DNA of 32,000 bases from Mariprofundus ferrinatatus (GTDB lineage Bacteria; Pseudomonadota; Zetaproteobacteria; Mariprofundales; Mariprofundaceae), in NCBI RefSeq assembly GCF_002795825.1, contig NZ_CP018800.1, positions 2,264,213 to 2,296,212 of the forward strand, read 5' to 3'. Of the stretch, positions 7,804 to 19,596 are shown in pieces. The position numbers and the translations under genes were made by a program. The stretch's first letter is position 1, and each line of letters starts with the position of its first letter. Below the pieces are notes generated by a model, which worked only from the letters and a program-made list of their open reading frames with translations, did no database searches and was not told where the DNA came from.

Positions 7804-8682
7804 ATGGACGTTGATCTGATACGAACCTTTGTTCAGGTGGCAAAGGCCCGCCATTTCCGCAAAGCTGCTGAACAGCTGTTTCTGACCCAATCAGCGGTGA
7901 GTGCCCGCATAAAGCTTCTGGAAGAGAGGCTGGGCGCCAAGCTGTTTGAACGGAGCAAACATCAGGTGTCTCTGACGACTGCAGGCGTTCGCTTTATGGC
8001 GCATGCTGAAGAGCTTCTGGCTGCATGGGCCCACGCCTGTCAGGAAGTGCGCCTGCCCGAGCGTGCAACAGCATCTCTTGTGGCCGGTGCTACCGACACG
8101 TTATGGAATATCTTCCTGACCGACTGGATGATTACAGCAAGCAAAGCCTTTCCAGAGATGATGATCCGCTCTGAGCTGCACACACCCGAATCGCTGATGC
8201 CGGCACTGCTTGACGGCTCACTCGATATCGCAGTGATGTTTGATGCCCCTGCACTGCCAAGACTCTATGTTGAAGAGCTTGGCTCCATATCACTGATCAT
8301 GGTTGCCGACCGAAAGGGGCTCAATGCCGAGCAGGCGCTCCAATTCAGATTTGTCGATGTCAACTGGGGGGAGTCGTTTGCCGTTGCCATGCAACAGCAC
8401 TACAGCCACAGCGTGCCGTCACTGCTGCATACAAGTGTTGGCAAGGTGGCGCTTGAATTGATCCTGAAATCCGGGGGAGCTGCCTACCTGCCGCAGCAGA
8501 TGGTTTCCCGCCACATATCGGAGCACAAACTTTTTCCAGTTGAAGGTACGCCGGCTATCGTCAGGCCCGTTTATGCGGCCATGCTTGCCGGCAAAGAGAG
8601 CGACCCCTTGCTGCAGGGAACCGTCGCACAGATGCGTAGTTGCCTGGACGAGACCGCTGGCTCCTCACCCCGGCTGCCGTAA
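7804..8682 (+). CDS. LysR-family transcriptional regulator
   Basis: N-terminal wHTH typical of LysR-type regulators (LTTRs): LIRTFVQVAKARHFRKAAEQLFLTQSAVSARIKLLEERLGAKLFER. The 292 aa length fits the usual C-terminal substrate-binding domain. SD AAGGAGAGG lies upstream. Confidence 0.9.
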   Translation: MDVDLIRTFVQVAKARHFRKAAEQLFLTQSAVSARIKLLEERLGAKLFERSKHQVSLTTAGVRFMAHAEELLAAWAHACQEVRLPERATASLVAGATDTLWNIFLTDWMITASKAFPEMMIRSELHTPESLMPALLDGSLDIAVMFDAPALPRLYVEELGSISLIMVADRKGLNAEQALQFRFVDVNWGESFAVAMQQHYSHSVPSLLHTSVGKVALELILKSGGAAYLPQQMVSRHISEHKLFPVEGTPAIVRPVYAAMLAGKESDPLLQGTVAQMRSCLDETAGSSPRLP

Positions 8683-8713
8683 AAAAAAACGGCCCGTGTT
8701 TGACACGGGCCGT
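8681..8713 (-). terminator. Rho-independent terminator of the cytochrome c gene (shared between convergent genes)
   Basis: Stem ACGGCCCGTG (8689-8698) pairs with CACGGGCCGT (8704-8713) around loop TTTGA. On the minus strand it is followed by a run of 9 T (the A-run at 8681-8689). It sits between the convergent lysR and cytochrome c genes. Confidence 0.8.
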
Positions 8714-8739
8714 TCATTCATAATCCCTGCTTCTTCTCT

Positions 8740-9096
8740 TTAAAGAGCCTTCAGCTCGGCAACTGCAGCCTTGGCATCATCGCCACAAACCTTCTGAGAA
8801 GGCATTTTGGTCTTCTTGCCTGAAACGCCCTTGGAGTCACATACCCATGCTTCCAGAGCTTCGTCTGTCCAGGTTGCGCCTGCTGCATTCTGCGCTTCCA
8901 GGTATGCGCCATACTTGAAGCCTTCAAGTCCGCCCTGTGCCTTGCCGGCAATGCCTTTCAGGCCGGGGCCAACTTTTTTGTCAGCTGAATCCAGATTGTG
9001 GCATGCCTTGCATTTGCCCAGTGCGCTGGCTTCAGCAGTCATCACACCACCCATTACGAATGCAGCCGCGGCTGCAACAAACAGTGCTTTTTTCAT
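8740..9096 (-). CDS. Periplasmic monoheme class I c-type cytochrome
   Basis: Signal peptide MKKALFVAAAAAFVMGGVMTAEA, a single CxxCH (CKACH), and a distal Met-loop candidate (KKTKMPSQK). 118 aa. SD AGGAGA lies upstream. Confidence 0.88.
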   Translation of the reverse strand: MKKALFVAAAAAFVMGGVMTAEASALGKCKACHNLDSADKKVGPGLKGIAGKAQGGLEGFKYGAYLEAQNAAGATWTDEALEAWVCDSKGVSGKKTKMPSQKVCGDDAKAAVAELKAL

Positions 9097-9213
9097 AATT
9101 TTCTCCTAAGTTAATATGACGGAGTACCTCCCCGCCGACGGTTCAGGCTACTCTGGTCAGATATCGGCCTAAAAGGTGGAAAAAATCCCCCTGTTTGAAT
9201 ATGGATTCTCAGG

Positions 9214-9245
9214 CACAAAAAAAGGGCGCCTTAGGCGCCCTTTTC
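9214..9245 (-). terminator. Rho-independent terminator downstream of rpoC
   Basis: Stem AAGGGCGCC pairs with GGCGCCCTT around loop TTA (9222-9242). On the minus strand it is followed by T7 (the A-run at 9217-9223). Confidence 0.8.
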
Positions 9246-9267
9246 ATTTGTAGCAGCATAAGTGAAC

Positions 9268-12200
9268 TTACGCGGCTTCATCCTCTGCTGCACCCAGATC
9301 ACTATCATCTATGACCTGGCTGAGCTCCTCGAGAATATCCGCATCCGGAGCCTTCTCGATGATCTCTTCAGCAACCTCAACCTCTTCAACGGCTGGCTTC
9401 GGTGCATTGCGGGTCGCAAGACCGGTACCTGCCGGCAGCAGACGACCAAGAATCACGTTCTCTTTCAGGCCGAGCAGCCAGTCAACCTTGCCGGCCAGAG
9501 CCGCTTCGGTGATCACACGCGTGGTCTCCTGGAATGATGCTGCAGAGATGAAGGAGTCGGTATTCAGTGACGCCTTGGTGATACCCAGCAGGATCGGCTC
9601 AAATGTTGCAGGTGCCTTGCCTTCGGCTTCCAGATCGCGATTGGTCTGCAGCACATGCTTGCGCACCAGCTGCTCGCCTGCCACGAAGCTAGACTGTCCA
9701 GGATCGTTGATCTGAACCTTTCGCATCATCTGGCGGGCAATCACTTCGATATGCTTATCGTTGATCTTCACACCCTGAAGTCGGTAAACCTCCTGAATCT
9801 CATCGGTCAGATAGGTCGAAAGAGCCTCTACGCCCATCACCTTAAGGATGTCCTGAGGTGCAGGAGAGCCCTCCATCAGACGCTCACCACGACGTACGCG
9901 GTCGCCTTCCTGAACAAGGATCTGAGAACCCTTGGGTATCTGATACTCAAGCGGATCGGATCCATCTGTTGGCTCAACATAAACGCGACGTTTACCGCGA
10001 ATATCCTTACCAAAGGATATGACTCCGTCAGCAGCCGCGATAAATGCTAGGTTCTTCGGCTTACGCGCCTCGAACAGCTCGACAACGCGTGGAAGACCAC
10101 CGGTAATATCCTTGGTCTTGCCTGCTTCACGAGGAATTCGTGCCAGCACATGTCCCGCTTTCACCTCAACATCGTGATCGGCATTGAGGATCGCACCTGG
10201 TGACAGGAAGTAGCGTGCCGGTGTGCCGGTACGCTCAAGGACAATTGGATCACCCTCAGGGTCCTTAGGATCGACAAGGTGAATCTGAGGACGCAGGGCA
10301 TCCTTACGGGTATCAGCCTGCTGCGTTACCACACGGCTAGAGAGGCCTGTCACCTCGTCGGACTGCTCACGCATGGTGATGCCCTCTTCGAGGTCGACAA
10401 AGCGGATTTTACCATCGGTCTCGGCAATCAGAGGCATGGTATACGGATCCCACTCGGCCAGCTTGTTTCCGGCCTTGATGGCATCCCCATCCTTGACCAC
10501 AAGATGCGCACCATAAGGGATACGGTGGCGCTCAAGCTCTTTGCCCTTATCTGTGGTAATTACAGCTTCGGTATGACGGTTGATCACGATCTCCGCACCG
10601 GAACTGTCGGTAACGGTAATCGAAGACTCAAGCTTCACAACGCCGCCGAACTTCGCTTCAACGTGCGCCTGCTCAGCAGAGCGTGATGCAGTACCACCCA
10701 CGTGGAAGGTACGCATGGTCAGCTGTGTACCCGGTTCACCGATCGACTGTGCTGCGATAACACCTACGGCCTCACCGATGGAAACCGGTGTGCCGTGAGC
10801 AAGGTCGCGGCCATAGCAGTTGGCGCAGACGCCCTCTTCTGCTTCACACGTCAGCACCGAACGGATACGAACGGATTCAACACCGGCTTCATCAATCTTA
10901 TCGGCCAGCTCTTCGTTAACCATGGCGCCCGCAGGTGCAATCTCGGCTCCCGAAATCGGATCCAGAGCAGACTCAAGCAGAACGCGGCCGAGAATACGCT
11001 CATAGAGCGGCTCGATCACTTCACCACCTTCAACAAGTGCGGTCAGGGTCACACCACTATCGGTGCCACAATCCTGAATGCGGACAACAGCATCCTGTGC
11101 AACGTCTACCAGACGACGGGTCAGGTAACCGGAGTTAGCGGTTTTAAGTGCGGTATCCGCCAGGCCCTTACGCGCACCATGGGTAGAGATGAAGTACTGC
11201 AGAATCGTCAGGCCTTCACGGAAGTTGGCGGTAATAGGCGTCTCAATAATCGAGCCATCCGGCTTGGCCATCAGGCCGCGCATACCGGCCAGCTGGCGAA
11301 TCTGCTGAGCAGAACCACGGGCGCCTGAATCGGCCATCATATAGACTGGATTAAACGTCTTCGTCTCCTCCGTCTCCTTGCCATCGGCACTGGTCAATGT
11401 TTCTGTTGCCAGGTTGTCCATCATGCCGCGGGCAACCTTGTCGGTGGTATGCGTCCAGAGGTCGACCACCTTGTTGTAGCGCTCACCAGCGGTAATCAGA
11501 CCATCGGCATACTGTTTCTGAACCTTGGCCACCTCAGCCTCGGAAGCGGAAACAATCTCATGCTTGCTCGCAGGAACAACCACATCGCCCAGAGCGAAGG
11601 ATGCACCCGACTTGGTGGCATAGGTATAGCCGAACACTTTCAGGCGATCAGCCAGCAGAACAGTCGCCTTGTTGCCGGCAAAGCGATAGCACTCCTCAAT
11701 CAGGGTGCCCACATCCTTCTTGGTCAACTCACGATTGACCGACGAGAACGGCAGCTCTTTTGGCAATATGGTGGAGAGAATGGCACGGCCAACCGTGGTG
11801 TGCTCACGCTTGCCGCGTACACGGCAGACAATACGGCTGTGCAGCTCAACAGCGCCAGCATCCAGCGCGCGCTGAACCTCATCCGGAGAGGAGAATACCA
11901 TGTTCTCGCCCTTGCAGAACGGACGCTCACGGGTCAGGTAGTAGATGCCAAGAACCATATCCTGGGTAGGAACGATTACCGGACTACCGGTTGCAGGCGA
12001 GAGAATATTGTTGGTCGACATCATCAGCGCACGTGCTTCGGTCTGTGCCTCAATTGAGAGCGGCACATGTACAGCCATCTGGTCGCCGTCGAAGTCAGCG
12101 TTGAATGCGGTACATACCAGCGGGTGCAACTGAATCGCCTTGCCCTCAATCAGGATCGGCTCAAAGGCCTGGATTCCAAGACGGTGCAGGGTTGGTGCAC

Positions 12201-13473
12201 GGTTGAGCATCACCGGATGCTGATGGATCACTTCAGCGAGAATATCCCATACCTCAGGGATACCCTGCTCAACGAGCTTCTTGGCAGCCTTGATGGTATT
12301 GGCCAGACCGCGCAATTCGAGCTTGTTATAGATAAACGGCTTGAACAGCTCCAGTGCCATCTTCTTGGGAAGGCCGCACTGATGCAGCTTCAATTCAGGA
12401 CCGACCACAATCACCGAACGACCGGAATAGTCCACGCGCTTACCGAGCAGGTTCTGACGGAAACGTCCCTGTTTGCCCTTGATAACATCGGAGAGTGACT
12501 TCAAAGGACGACGGTTGTTACCAGTGATCGGCTTGCTGCGGCGATCGTTGTCGAACAGCGCGTCAACGGACTCCTGCAGCATGCGCTTCTCATTACGGGT
12601 AATGATTTCAGGCGCATTGAGTTCCAGCAGTCGTTTCAGACGGTTGTTACGGTTAATCACGCGACGGTAGAGATCGTTCAGGTCGGAAGTCGCAAAACGG
12701 CCACCATCCAGCGGTACCAGCGGACGAATCTCAGGAGGAAGAACAGGAATCACTTCCAGAATCATCCACTCAGGACGATTGCCGGAACCGAGCATTGCCT
12801 CAACGGTAGAGAGACGCTTGGTCAGCTTGGTCAGCTTGGTAACAGCCTTGGTTGCCAGAATCTGGGCGCGCAGAGACTGGCGCTCCTCTTCCAGGTTGAT
12901 GTTCTTGAGCATTTCACGCAGTGCTTCCGCACCCATACCGGCACGGAACTCTTCACCATACTCCTCGAATGCCTCGATGTACTCCTCTTCGGTCAGGATC
13001 TGGAACTGCTCCAGACTGGTCAGGCCAGGATCGAGAACGATGTAGGATTCAAAGTAAAGGATACGCTCCAGCTCTTTCAGAGTCTTATCGAGCAGCAGGC
13101 CGATACGGGACGGCAGGCTCTTCAGAAACCAGATATGTGCTACAGGTGCAGCCAGGTCGATATGACCCATGCGCTCACGACGCACCTTGGACTGAATCAC
13201 CTCAACGGAACACTTCTCGCATACCACGCCGCGATGTTTCAGACGCTTATACTTGCCGCACAGGCACTCGTAATCCTTGATCGGGCCAAAAATCTTGGCA
13301 CAGAACAGACCATCGCGTTCCGGTTTGAAGGTACGGTAGTTGATCGTCTCAGGCTTCTTGACCTCACCGTAGGACCAGGAACGAATTTTTTCAGGGCTGG
13401 CCAGACGAACCTTCAGACCATCGAAATCCTCGATGCTTGAAGGTTTCTGGAACATCTTGAGAAGCTCTTGCAT
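9268..13473 (-). CDS. rpoC: DNA-directed RNA polymerase subunit beta'
   Basis: 1401 aa with the NADFDGD catalytic motif ([14 protein letters not shown]) and the zinc-binding [19 protein letters not shown]. Starts 3 nt after the rpoB stop, with its SD (AAGGAG) inside the rpoB 3' end. Confidence 0.99.
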   Translation of the reverse strand: MQELLKMFQKPSSIEDFDGLKVRLASPEKIRSWSYGEVKKPETINYRTFKPERDGLFCAKIFGPIKDYECLCGKYKRLKHRGVVCEKCSVEVIQSKVRRERMGHIDLAAPVAHIWFLKSLPSRIGLLLDKTLKELERILYFESYIVLDPGLTSLEQFQILTEEEYIEAFEEYGEEFRAGMGAEALREMLKNINLEEERQSLRAQILATKAVTKLTKLTKRLSTVEAMLGSGNRPEWMILEVIPVLPPEIRPLVPLDGGRFATSDLNDLYRRVINRNNRLKRLLELNAPEIITRNEKRMLQESVDALFDNDRRSKPITGNNRRPLKSLSDVIKGKQGRFRQNLLGKRVDYSGRSVIVVGPELKLHQCGLPKKMALELFKPFIYNKLELRGLANTIKAAKKLVEQGIPEVWDILAEVIHQHPVMLNRAPTLHRLGIQAFEPILIEGKAIQLHPLVCTAFNADFDGDQMAVHVPLSIEAQTEARALMMSTNNILSPATGSPVIVPTQDMVLGIYYLTRERPFCKGENMVFSSPDEVQRALDAGAVELHSRIVCRVRGKREHTTVGRAILSTILPKELPFSSVNRELTKKDVGTLIEECYRFAGNKATVLLADRLKVFGYTYATKSGASFALGDVVVPASKHEIVSASEAEVAKVQKQYADGLITAGERYNKVVDLWTHTTDKVARGMMDNLATETLTSADGKETEETKTFNPVYMMADSGARGSAQQIRQLAGMRGLMAKPDGSIIETPITANFREGLTILQYFISTHGARKGLADTALKTANSGYLTRRLVDVAQDAVVRIQDCGTDSGVTLTALVEGGEVIEPLYERILGRVLLESALDPISGAEIAPAGAMVNEELADKIDEAGVESVRIRSVLTCEAEEGVCANCYGRDLAHGTPVSIGEAVGVIAAQSIGEPGTQLTMRTFHVGGTASRSAEQAHVEAKFGGVVKLESSITVTDSSGAEIVINRHTEAVITTDKGKELERHRIPYGAHLVVKDGDAIKAGNKLAEWDPYTMPLIAETDGKIRFVDLEEGITMREQSDEVTGLSSRVVTQQADTRKDALRPQIHLVDPKDPEGDPIVLERTGTPARYFLSPGAILNADHDVEVKAGHVLARIPREAGKTKDITGGLPRVVELFEARKPKNLAFIAAADGVISFGKDIRGKRRVYVEPTDGSDPLEYQIPKGSQILVQEGDRVRRGERLMEGSPAPQDILKVMGVEALSTYLTDEIQEVYRLQGVKINDKHIEVIARQMMRKVQINDPGQSSFVAGEQLVRKHVLQTNRDLEAEGKAPATFEPILLGITKASLNTDSFISAASFQETTRVITEAALAGKVDWLLGLKENVILGRLLPAGTGLATRNAPKPAVEEVEVAEEIIEKAPDADILEELSQVIDDSDLGAAEDEAA

Positions 13474-13476
13474 GAC

Positions 13477-16400
13477 TTATTCTCCTTCGTTCTCTGTTGG
13501 GCTTTTGACCATGGCAAGGTCAATTCCCAAAGCATTCAATTCCTTGGTCATGACGTTGAAGGACTCGGGGATTCCCGCCTCAAACGACATATCACCGCGC
13601 ACAATCGACTCGTACATCTTCGTACGGCCCTGAACATCATCCGACTTCACAGTCAGCATCTCCTGCAGCGTATAGGCAGCGCCATATGCTTCCAGTGCCC
13701 ACACTTCCATCTCACCGAAACGCTGACCACCGAACTGTGCTTTACCACCGAGCGGCTGCTGTGTCACAAGCGAGTATGGGCCAGTTGAACGGGCATGAAT
13801 CTTCTCATCCACCAGATGGTGAAGTTTCAGGATATACATGTGACCGATCGTTACAGGCCGGTCGAAAGCCTCTCCGGTACGGCCATCGTAAAGGGTGGTC
13901 TGACCTGATTCAGGAACACCGGCAAGCTTCAGCATGCGCTGGATATGAGCCTCTTTGGCACCATCGAACACAGGGGTTGCAATCGGAATGCCGCCACGCA
14001 GGTTGTTCGCCAGCTCGAGCAGGGACTCTTCATCCATACCCTTAATGTCACTGCATGCCTGCTCATCCTCAAGGTAGCACTCAAGCAGGAATGAACGCAG
14101 CTCTTCAGTTGGCATCTTATCCTTGAGCATGCCGTCGATCTTCTTACCGAGCGCACTTCCTGCCCAGCCCATATGAATCTCGAAGATCTGTCCGATGTTC
14201 ATACGCGAAGGTACGCCCAGAGGATTCAGACAGATATCAACAGGGGTGCCGTCGGCGGTATAAGGCATATCTTCTTCCGGAACGATTACCGAAATCACAC
14301 CCTTGTTACCATGGCGGCCAGCCATCTTGTCACCAGGCTGAAGCTTACGCTTCACGGCAACAAACACCTTCACAACCTTAATCACGCCGGGCTTCAGCTC
14401 GGAGCCTTCACGAACCTTGGCAACCTTCTCTTCAAAGCGTGACTCAAGCCTGCCCCGCTCCTTGTCCATCGACTCGAGAATCTCGGCAACGCGAACATTG
14501 ATGGCATCGTCGGCAACAGAAACGCCGGAAAGATCGCGCAGGCTCAGCGCCTTGACGTTCTCTTCCTTGATGGTGTCGCCCTTCTTCAGTCCCTTGAACT
14601 TGGCTGCCGTCTGGCCGGAAAGCAGAGCCTGCAGGCGGCTCACGGCATTGCCCTCAAGAATACGACGCTCCTCTTCCTTATCGGCGTAGAGCTGCTCGAT
14701 AGAGGCCTCTTCGATCACCTTGGCACGATCATCCTTCTCATCGCCACGACGGGTGAAGACCTGAACGTCAACAACGACGCCCTCATCGCCCGGCTTGACG
14801 CGCATGGAGGTATCACGAACATCGGATGCTTTCTCGCCGAAGATTGCACGCAGCAGCTTCTCTTCAGGAGAGAGCTGTGTTTCACCCTTCGGTGTGATCT
14901 TACCAACCAGGATGTCGCCCTGTTTAACTTCGGCACCAATGTAGGCGATACCACACTCGTCCAGATGTCGCAGCGCCTCTTCACCCACATTCGGGATGTC
15001 GCGGGTAATCTCTTCGGCACCGAGCTTGGTATCACGGGCAACTGCTTCAAACTCTTCAATATGGATCGAGGTATATACATCCTCTTTCACCAGCTTCTCG
15101 GAGATTACGATTGCATCCTCGAAGTTGTAGCCGCGCCATGGCATCAGTGCGACCAGTGCGTTACGGCCAAGTGCCAGCTCACCCAGATCAGTGGATGGAC
15201 CATCCGCGATGATATCGCCCTTGGCTACCAGCTCACCGGTCTTCACAAGCGGACGCTGGTTAAAACAGGTGTTCTGGTTGGAGCGGCGATACTTGAACAG
15301 GCGGTAGATATCCACGCCAGGTTCACCTTCGACCTGCTCATCTTCATACACCTTGACAACAATACGCTCACCATCGACACGCTCAACAACACCGCCGCGC
15401 CGCGCCACCTGCGATACGCCGGAGTCACGCGCCAGAGGGGCTTCCATGCCAGTACCGACCAGCGGCTTCTCAGAGCGCAGCAGTGGAACTGCCTGACGCT
15501 GCATGTTCGAGCCCATCAGAGCTCGGTTCGCATCATCATGCTCAAGGAATGGAATCAGGCCAGCACAGACGGAAACCACCTGTGATGGTGATACGTCCAT
15601 ATAATCGATCGTATCAGCCTCTGCCATAATGAACTCACCGCCCTGACGGCACTGAACCAGATCTGAAACGAACTTGCCGTTTTCATCCACCTTGGCGTTA
15701 GCCTGTGCAATCACAGGTGTACTCTCGTCGATGGCAGAAAGGTATTCGACTTCATCGGTTACCTTGCCATCGATCACCCTGCGATAAGGAGATTCAATAA
15801 AGCCAAAGTCATTCACCTTCGCGTAGGTGGCGAGCGAGTTGATCAGACCGATGTTCGGACCTTCAGGCGTCTCAATTGGGCAGAGACGTCCGTAATGGGT
15901 CGGATGTACGTCACGAACCTCAAAACCTGCACGCTCGCGTGACAGACCACCCGGGCCAAGTGCCGACAGACGACGCTTGTGCGTCACCTCGGAAAGCGGA
16001 TTGGTCTGATCCATAAACTGTGAAAGCTGTGAAGAACCGAAGAACTCCTTCACCGAGGCAATCAGCGGTTTGGCGTTAACCACATCGGAAGGCATCATCT
16101 CGGTCAGATCGCCCGAGCTCAGGCGCTCACGCACTGCACGCTCCATGCGCACAAGACCGACACGAATCTGATTCTCCAGCAGCTCGCCGACAGAACGCAG
16201 GCGACGATTGCCAAGATGGTCGATATCGTCCACTTCACCAATACCGTCGCGCAGGCTCAGCAGGGTATCGAGCGCCATCAGAATATCTTCATCACGCAGT
16301 GTACCCTGATCAAGCGGCACATCATCATTACTGATGCCAAGACGGCTGTTAAGCTTCATACGACCGACACGGGAGAGGTCATAACGGGATGGATCGTAGA

Positions 16401-17571
16401 ACAGCGACTCAAACAGAGCCTTGGCTGTTTCAACTGTCGGCGGCTCGCCAGGACGCATCATGCGATAGATCTCTACGCGCGCCTCTTCACGTGACTGCAC
16501 CATATCCAGACGCAGCGTATCCGCCAGCCATGGCCCGCGAACCGCTGTATCGATCAGCAGGCAGTCGAACTGCTCGATTCCGGCACCCTGCAGTGCTGAG
16601 ATGGAATCCTCAGTCAGTTCCTGATTGTGGTCGATGAGAATCTCGCCGCCCTCGATCATGATCGGTTCGGCTGCAGTCTCGCCGATAACGCTTTCAATCG
16701 GCACATCAATCCACTCGACATTGGCCTCGGACAACCGTTTGATCGCCACCTTGGTGAACTTCTTGCCTTCAGCGACAATGCGTTTGTTGTCCAGCTTGAT
16801 GGTGGTCACCGCACGGGTGCCCTCAAACAGCTCAGGGTCAAATTTTACCTGCACGCCCTTATCGGAAAAACGATAGGTACGGCGGTTATAAAAACGGTTG
16901 AGGATTTCCTGGGTGGAGAGGCCCAGAGCCTTGAGCAGAATACCAACAGGCATCTTACGACGCAGGTCGATACGGAAGTTAACCTTGTCCTTGGCGTCAA
17001 ATTCAAAGTCGAGCCATGAACCGCGGTAAGGAATCACGCGCGCCTTGAACAGGAACTTGCCCGAAGCATGGGTTTTACCCTTGTCGTGATCAAAAAACAC
17101 ACCCGGTGAGCGGTGCATCTGTGAAACGATGGCGCGTTCGGTACCGTTGATGATGAACGAGCCGTGCTCGGTCATACGCGGAATCTCGCCCATGTATACA
17201 GACTGATCGCGAACTTCGCGAACCTTGCGTTTGCTTCGCTTCTCACCCTCATTTTCGAAGATCTTCAGGCGCAACTTCACCTTTACAGGCAGCGCATAGG
17301 TAAGGTCACGGCGGCGACACTCATCCAGATCGTAGCGGGGAGGGCTGTACTCCAGTCCCTCGAAGCAAAGTTCGGCATTTCCGGCATAGTCACGCACCGG
17401 AAATACAGACTGGAACACAGTTGCCAGCCTTGAATCATTTACAGCCTCGCCATAGCCGACAAACTCGTGATAGGACTCTGTCTGCAGCTGCAGCATGTTC
17501 GGCATGCTGATTGGAGACTTGATACTACCGAAATTTTTACGAATACGTTTCAGTGATGCTTGTTTGCCCAT
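13477..17571 (-). CDS. rpoB: DNA-directed RNA polymerase subunit beta
   Basis: 1364 aa with conserved beta-subunit blocks ([43 protein letters not shown]). Confidence 0.99.
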   Translation of the reverse strand: MGKQASLKRIRKNFGSIKSPISMPNMLQLQTESYHEFVGYGEAVNDSRLATVFQSVFPVRDYAGNAELCFEGLEYSPPRYDLDECRRRDLTYALPVKVKLRLKIFENEGEKRSKRKVREVRDQSVYMGEIPRMTEHGSFIINGTERAIVSQMHRSPGVFFDHDKGKTHASGKFLFKARVIPYRGSWLDFEFDAKDKVNFRIDLRRKMPVGILLKALGLSTQEILNRFYNRRTYRFSDKGVQVKFDPELFEGTRAVTTIKLDNKRIVAEGKKFTKVAIKRLSEANVEWIDVPIESVIGETAAEPIMIEGGEILIDHNQELTEDSISALQGAGIEQFDCLLIDTAVRGPWLADTLRLDMVQSREEARVEIYRMMRPGEPPTVETAKALFESLFYDPSRYDLSRVGRMKLNSRLGISNDDVPLDQGTLRDEDILMALDTLLSLRDGIGEVDDIDHLGNRRLRSVGELLENQIRVGLVRMERAVRERLSSGDLTEMMPSDVVNAKPLIASVKEFFGSSQLSQFMDQTNPLSEVTHKRRLSALGPGGLSRERAGFEVRDVHPTHYGRLCPIETPEGPNIGLINSLATYAKVNDFGFIESPYRRVIDGKVTDEVEYLSAIDESTPVIAQANAKVDENGKFVSDLVQCRQGGEFIMAEADTIDYMDVSPSQVVSVCAGLIPFLEHDDANRALMGSNMQRQAVPLLRSEKPLVGTGMEAPLARDSGVSQVARRGGVVERVDGERIVVKVYEDEQVEGEPGVDIYRLFKYRRSNQNTCFNQRPLVKTGELVAKGDIIADGPSTDLGELALGRNALVALMPWRGYNFEDAIVISEKLVKEDVYTSIHIEEFEAVARDTKLGAEEITRDIPNVGEEALRHLDECGIAYIGAEVKQGDILVGKITPKGETQLSPEEKLLRAIFGEKASDVRDTSMRVKPGDEGVVVDVQVFTRRGDEKDDRAKVIEEASIEQLYADKEEERRILEGNAVSRLQALLSGQTAAKFKGLKKGDTIKEENVKALSLRDLSGVSVADDAINVRVAEILESMDKERGRLESRFEEKVAKVREGSELKPGVIKVVKVFVAVKRKLQPGDKMAGRHGNKGVISVIVPEEDMPYTADGTPVDICLNPLGVPSRMNIGQIFEIHMGWAGSALGKKIDGMLKDKMPTEELRSFLLECYLEDEQACSDIKGMDEESLLELANNLRGGIPIATPVFDGAKEAHIQRMLKLAGVPESGQTTLYDGRTGEAFDRPVTIGHMYILKLHHLVDEKIHARSTGPYSLVTQQPLGGKAQFGGQRFGEMEVWALEAYGAAYTLQEMLTVKSDDVQGRTKMYESIVRGDMSFEAGIPESFNVMTKELNALGIDLAMVKSPTENEGE

Positions 17572-17611
17572 GGTGACCTCGAACGACGTACAGATTTTCC
17601 AAAACTCTAAA

Positions 17612-17661
17612 ATGCGAAAAAGGCTAAGCCCCGGCGGCGCCCGCCACCGGGGTTATTAACC
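17612..17661 (-). terminator. rplL-rpoB intergenic attenuator/terminator hairpin
   Basis: On the minus strand, GGUUAA-uaa-CCCCGGuggCGG-gcg-CCGCCGGGG-c-UUAGCC is followed directly by UUUUU (plus-strand A-run 17617-17621). The position matches the well-known partial terminator between rplL and rpoB in E. coli. Confidence 0.65.
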
Positions 17662-17698
17662 CGATACGTTTACGTACGAAACGTAAAACAACAGTAGA

Positions 17699-18079
17699 TT
17701 ACTTCAGCTCTACAGTTGCGCCCGCTTCTTCCAGCTTAGCCTTCAGCTCTTCAGCCTCTGCCTTAGCTGCGCCCTCTTTGACGTTGCCAGGTGCGCCGTC
17801 AACCAGTGCTTTGGCTTCTTTCAGGCCCAGGCCAGTTGCTTCACGAACTGCCTTGATTACCTGGATCTTCTTCTCGCCTGCAGATACCAGAACGACGTTG
17901 AATTCGGTCTGCTCTTCAGCAGCAGCGGCTTCGCCACCAGCAGCAGGACCAGCTGCAACTGCTACAGGTGCAGCAGCAGAAACGCCGAATTTCTCTTCCA
18001 GTGCGGAAACCAGTTCGGACAGCTCCAGAACGGTCATAGACTCAATTGCTGAGATCAGTTCATCTTTTGTAATTGCCAT
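17699..18079 (-). CDS. rplL: 50S ribosomal protein L7/L12
   Basis: 126 aa with an Ala-rich hinge and the conserved C-terminal domain ([27 protein letters not shown]). SD GAGGAG lies upstream. Confidence 0.97.
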   Translation of the reverse strand: MAITKDELISAIESMTVLELSELVSALEEKFGVSAAAPVAVAAGPAAGGEAAAAEEQTEFNVVLVSAGEKKIQVIKAVREATGLGLKEAKALVDGAPGNVKEGAAKAEAEELKAKLEEAGATVELK

Positions 18080-18132
18080 TGTATTAGCTCCTCTTGCTAT
18101 AAGTTAAAAAGTTTAATGATTAGTAGTAAATG

Positions 18133-18651
18133 TTATGCGGCTTGTTTCTGATCACGAATAGCTGCCAGTGTGCGAACGAACGATGCAGGTACCTCTGCCA
18201 GTGTGCGAACGAATCCGCTGATTGGCGACTGCATACTTCCGAGCATCTTGGCAAGCAGGACTTCGCGCGGTGGCAGATCAGCCAGTGCTTTTACACCAGC
18301 AGCATCAACCATCTTGCCATCGAGCACACCACCACAGACCTTGAGCGCATCATTCTTTTTGGCGAACTCGGAAATGGCTTTTGCCATTGCAACCGGATCC
18401 TTACCATAAGCGATCGCGACAGGACCAGTGAACAGTTCTTCAGCAGCCTTAAAGCCCGTACCCTCTGCCGCACGACGCGCCAGAGTGTTTTTTACAACCT
18501 GCATCGACACATCTGCATTATGCAGAGCACGGCGAAGGTCTCCCATCTGGGAAACACTCAGACCGCGGTAGTGTGTTACTACGCCAGCTGTAGATTCGGA
18601 CCAGGCAGTGTGAAGCTCTTCGACAATGCGTTGTTTGTCTTGTTTATCCAC
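18133..18651 (-). CDS. rplJ: 50S ribosomal protein L10
   Basis: The track ORF (251 aa) is over-extended into the leader. L10 homology begins at the GTG at 18651-18649 (VDKQDKQRIVEEL...), which follows AAGGGGG (caAGGGGGtaaatGTG). This gives 172 aa, a typical L10 length. Confidence 0.93.
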   Translation of the reverse strand: MDKQDKQRIVEELHTAWSESTAGVVTHYRGLSVSQMGDLRRALHNADVSMQVVKNTLARRAAEGTGFKAAEELFTGPVAIAYGKDPVAMAKAISEFAKKNDALKVCGGVLDGKMVDAAGVKALADLPPREVLLAKMLGSMQSPISGFVRTLAEVPASFVRTLAAIRDQKQAA

Positions 18652-18897
18652 ATTTACCCCCTTGCTTTTCGACCCGCGCAAGTGAGCTTGCACCCCATCT
18701 ATGCAGGAAGGGTCACCCCAATTAAGCCGCGCTCTTGATGAGTCTGGCTCCAGCAGTCTAGGACGGATCGTTTTTTTCGATTTCGCCTCCCCGGCTCTTC
18801 CCGGGTCAGTTCGATCGATTCTTCTGCCTTTCGGCACGCCAGCTTGTGGCCGGCAAACAGTTCGTGCCGGCCCTCCATGGGCCGGCACGTGAATTAT
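18652..18897 (-). promoter_or_regulatory. rplJ 5' leader (expected L10-(L12)n autoregulatory leader / internal promoter region)
   Basis: A 246-nt structured non-coding gap between rplA and rplJ. This is where L10 operon leaders and the L10 promoter lie in other bacteria. It contains GC-rich competing hairpins at 18848-18888. No covariance model was run. Confidence 0.45.
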
Positions 18898-19584
18898 TTA
18901 CAGAGTGGTTTCATCCACGCGTACGCCGGCACCCATGGTTGAAGAGATACTCATCTTCAGCATATAACGGCCCTTGGCGGAAGCTGGCTTCATACGGTTG
19001 AGCTCTGAAAGCAGTGCTTCAACATTCTCGTTGAGCTTGGCAGCGTCGAATGAACGACGACCGACCGGAGCATGAATTACACCCGCCTTATCAACACGCA
19101 CTTCAATCTGACCGGATTTGATCGCTTCAACAGCCTTGGTCACATCCATGGTTACAGTGCCCAGCTTAGGATTCGGCATCAGGCCACGAGGACCCAGAAC
19201 ACGACCCAGCTTACCAACCTGAGCCATCATGTCAGGCGTTGCGACCACGCGGTCAAAGTCCATGAAGCCATCCTGAACCTTTTCAACCAGGTCATCAGCA
19301 CCGACGAAATCAGCGCCTGCTGCAGTCGCTTCCTCAGCCTTCGCACCCTTGGCGAACACTGCTACGCGTACGGTCTTACCGGTACCGTTTGGCAGCGCAA
19401 TAGAGCCACGGACCATCTGGTCTGCATGGCGGGGATCAACACCCAGTTTGATTGCAACATCAACAGACTCGTCGAATTTTGCTTTTGGCTGAGCGAGTAC
19501 CGCGTCAAGAGCTGCTTTTACGGTAACTGCCTGAGCCGGTACGGACTCAAGGCTTGCTTTCATACGTTTGGTTACTTTTGCCAT
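18898..19584 (-). CDS. rplA: 50S ribosomal protein L1
   Basis: 228 aa with L1 family sequence throughout (MAKVTKRMK..., GTVTMDV, conserved order after rplK). Confidence 0.97.
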   Translation of the reverse strand: MAKVTKRMKASLESVPAQAVTVKAALDAVLAQPKAKFDESVDVAIKLGVDPRHADQMVRGSIALPNGTGKTVRVAVFAKGAKAEEATAAGADFVGADDLVEKVQDGFMDFDRVVATPDMMAQVGKLGRVLGPRGLMPNPKLGTVTMDVTKAVEAIKSGQIEVRVDKAGVIHAPVGRRSFDAAKLNENVEALLSELNRMKPASAKGRYMLKMSISSTMGAGVRVDETTL

Positions 19585-19596
19585 CTTAATATCCCC

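Noticed and set aside
18644-18652. Perfect DnaA box TTATCCACA at the rplJ start codon
   Set aside because: This is a single isolated 9-mer with no cluster of boxes, no AT-rich DNA-unwinding element and no adjacent dnaA or dnaN. One chance occurrence in 64 kb of two-strand sequence is not surprising, and the sequence is constrained by the codons GTG GAT AAA. It is not evidence for oriC in this window.
18652-18888. N-terminal 79-residue extension of the rplJ track ORF (MPAHGGPARTVCRPQ...)
   Set aside because: The extension is Arg/Pro-rich with no L10 similarity. A GTG with an AAGGGGG SD sits exactly where L10 homology begins. The region is the expected non-coding L10 leader.
18884-18893. CACGTGAA half-site resembling parS downstream of rplA
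   Set aside because: Only about half of the 16-mer matches, and the left arm (GGCCGG) is unrelated to TGTTT. It belongs to the GC-rich leader hairpins.
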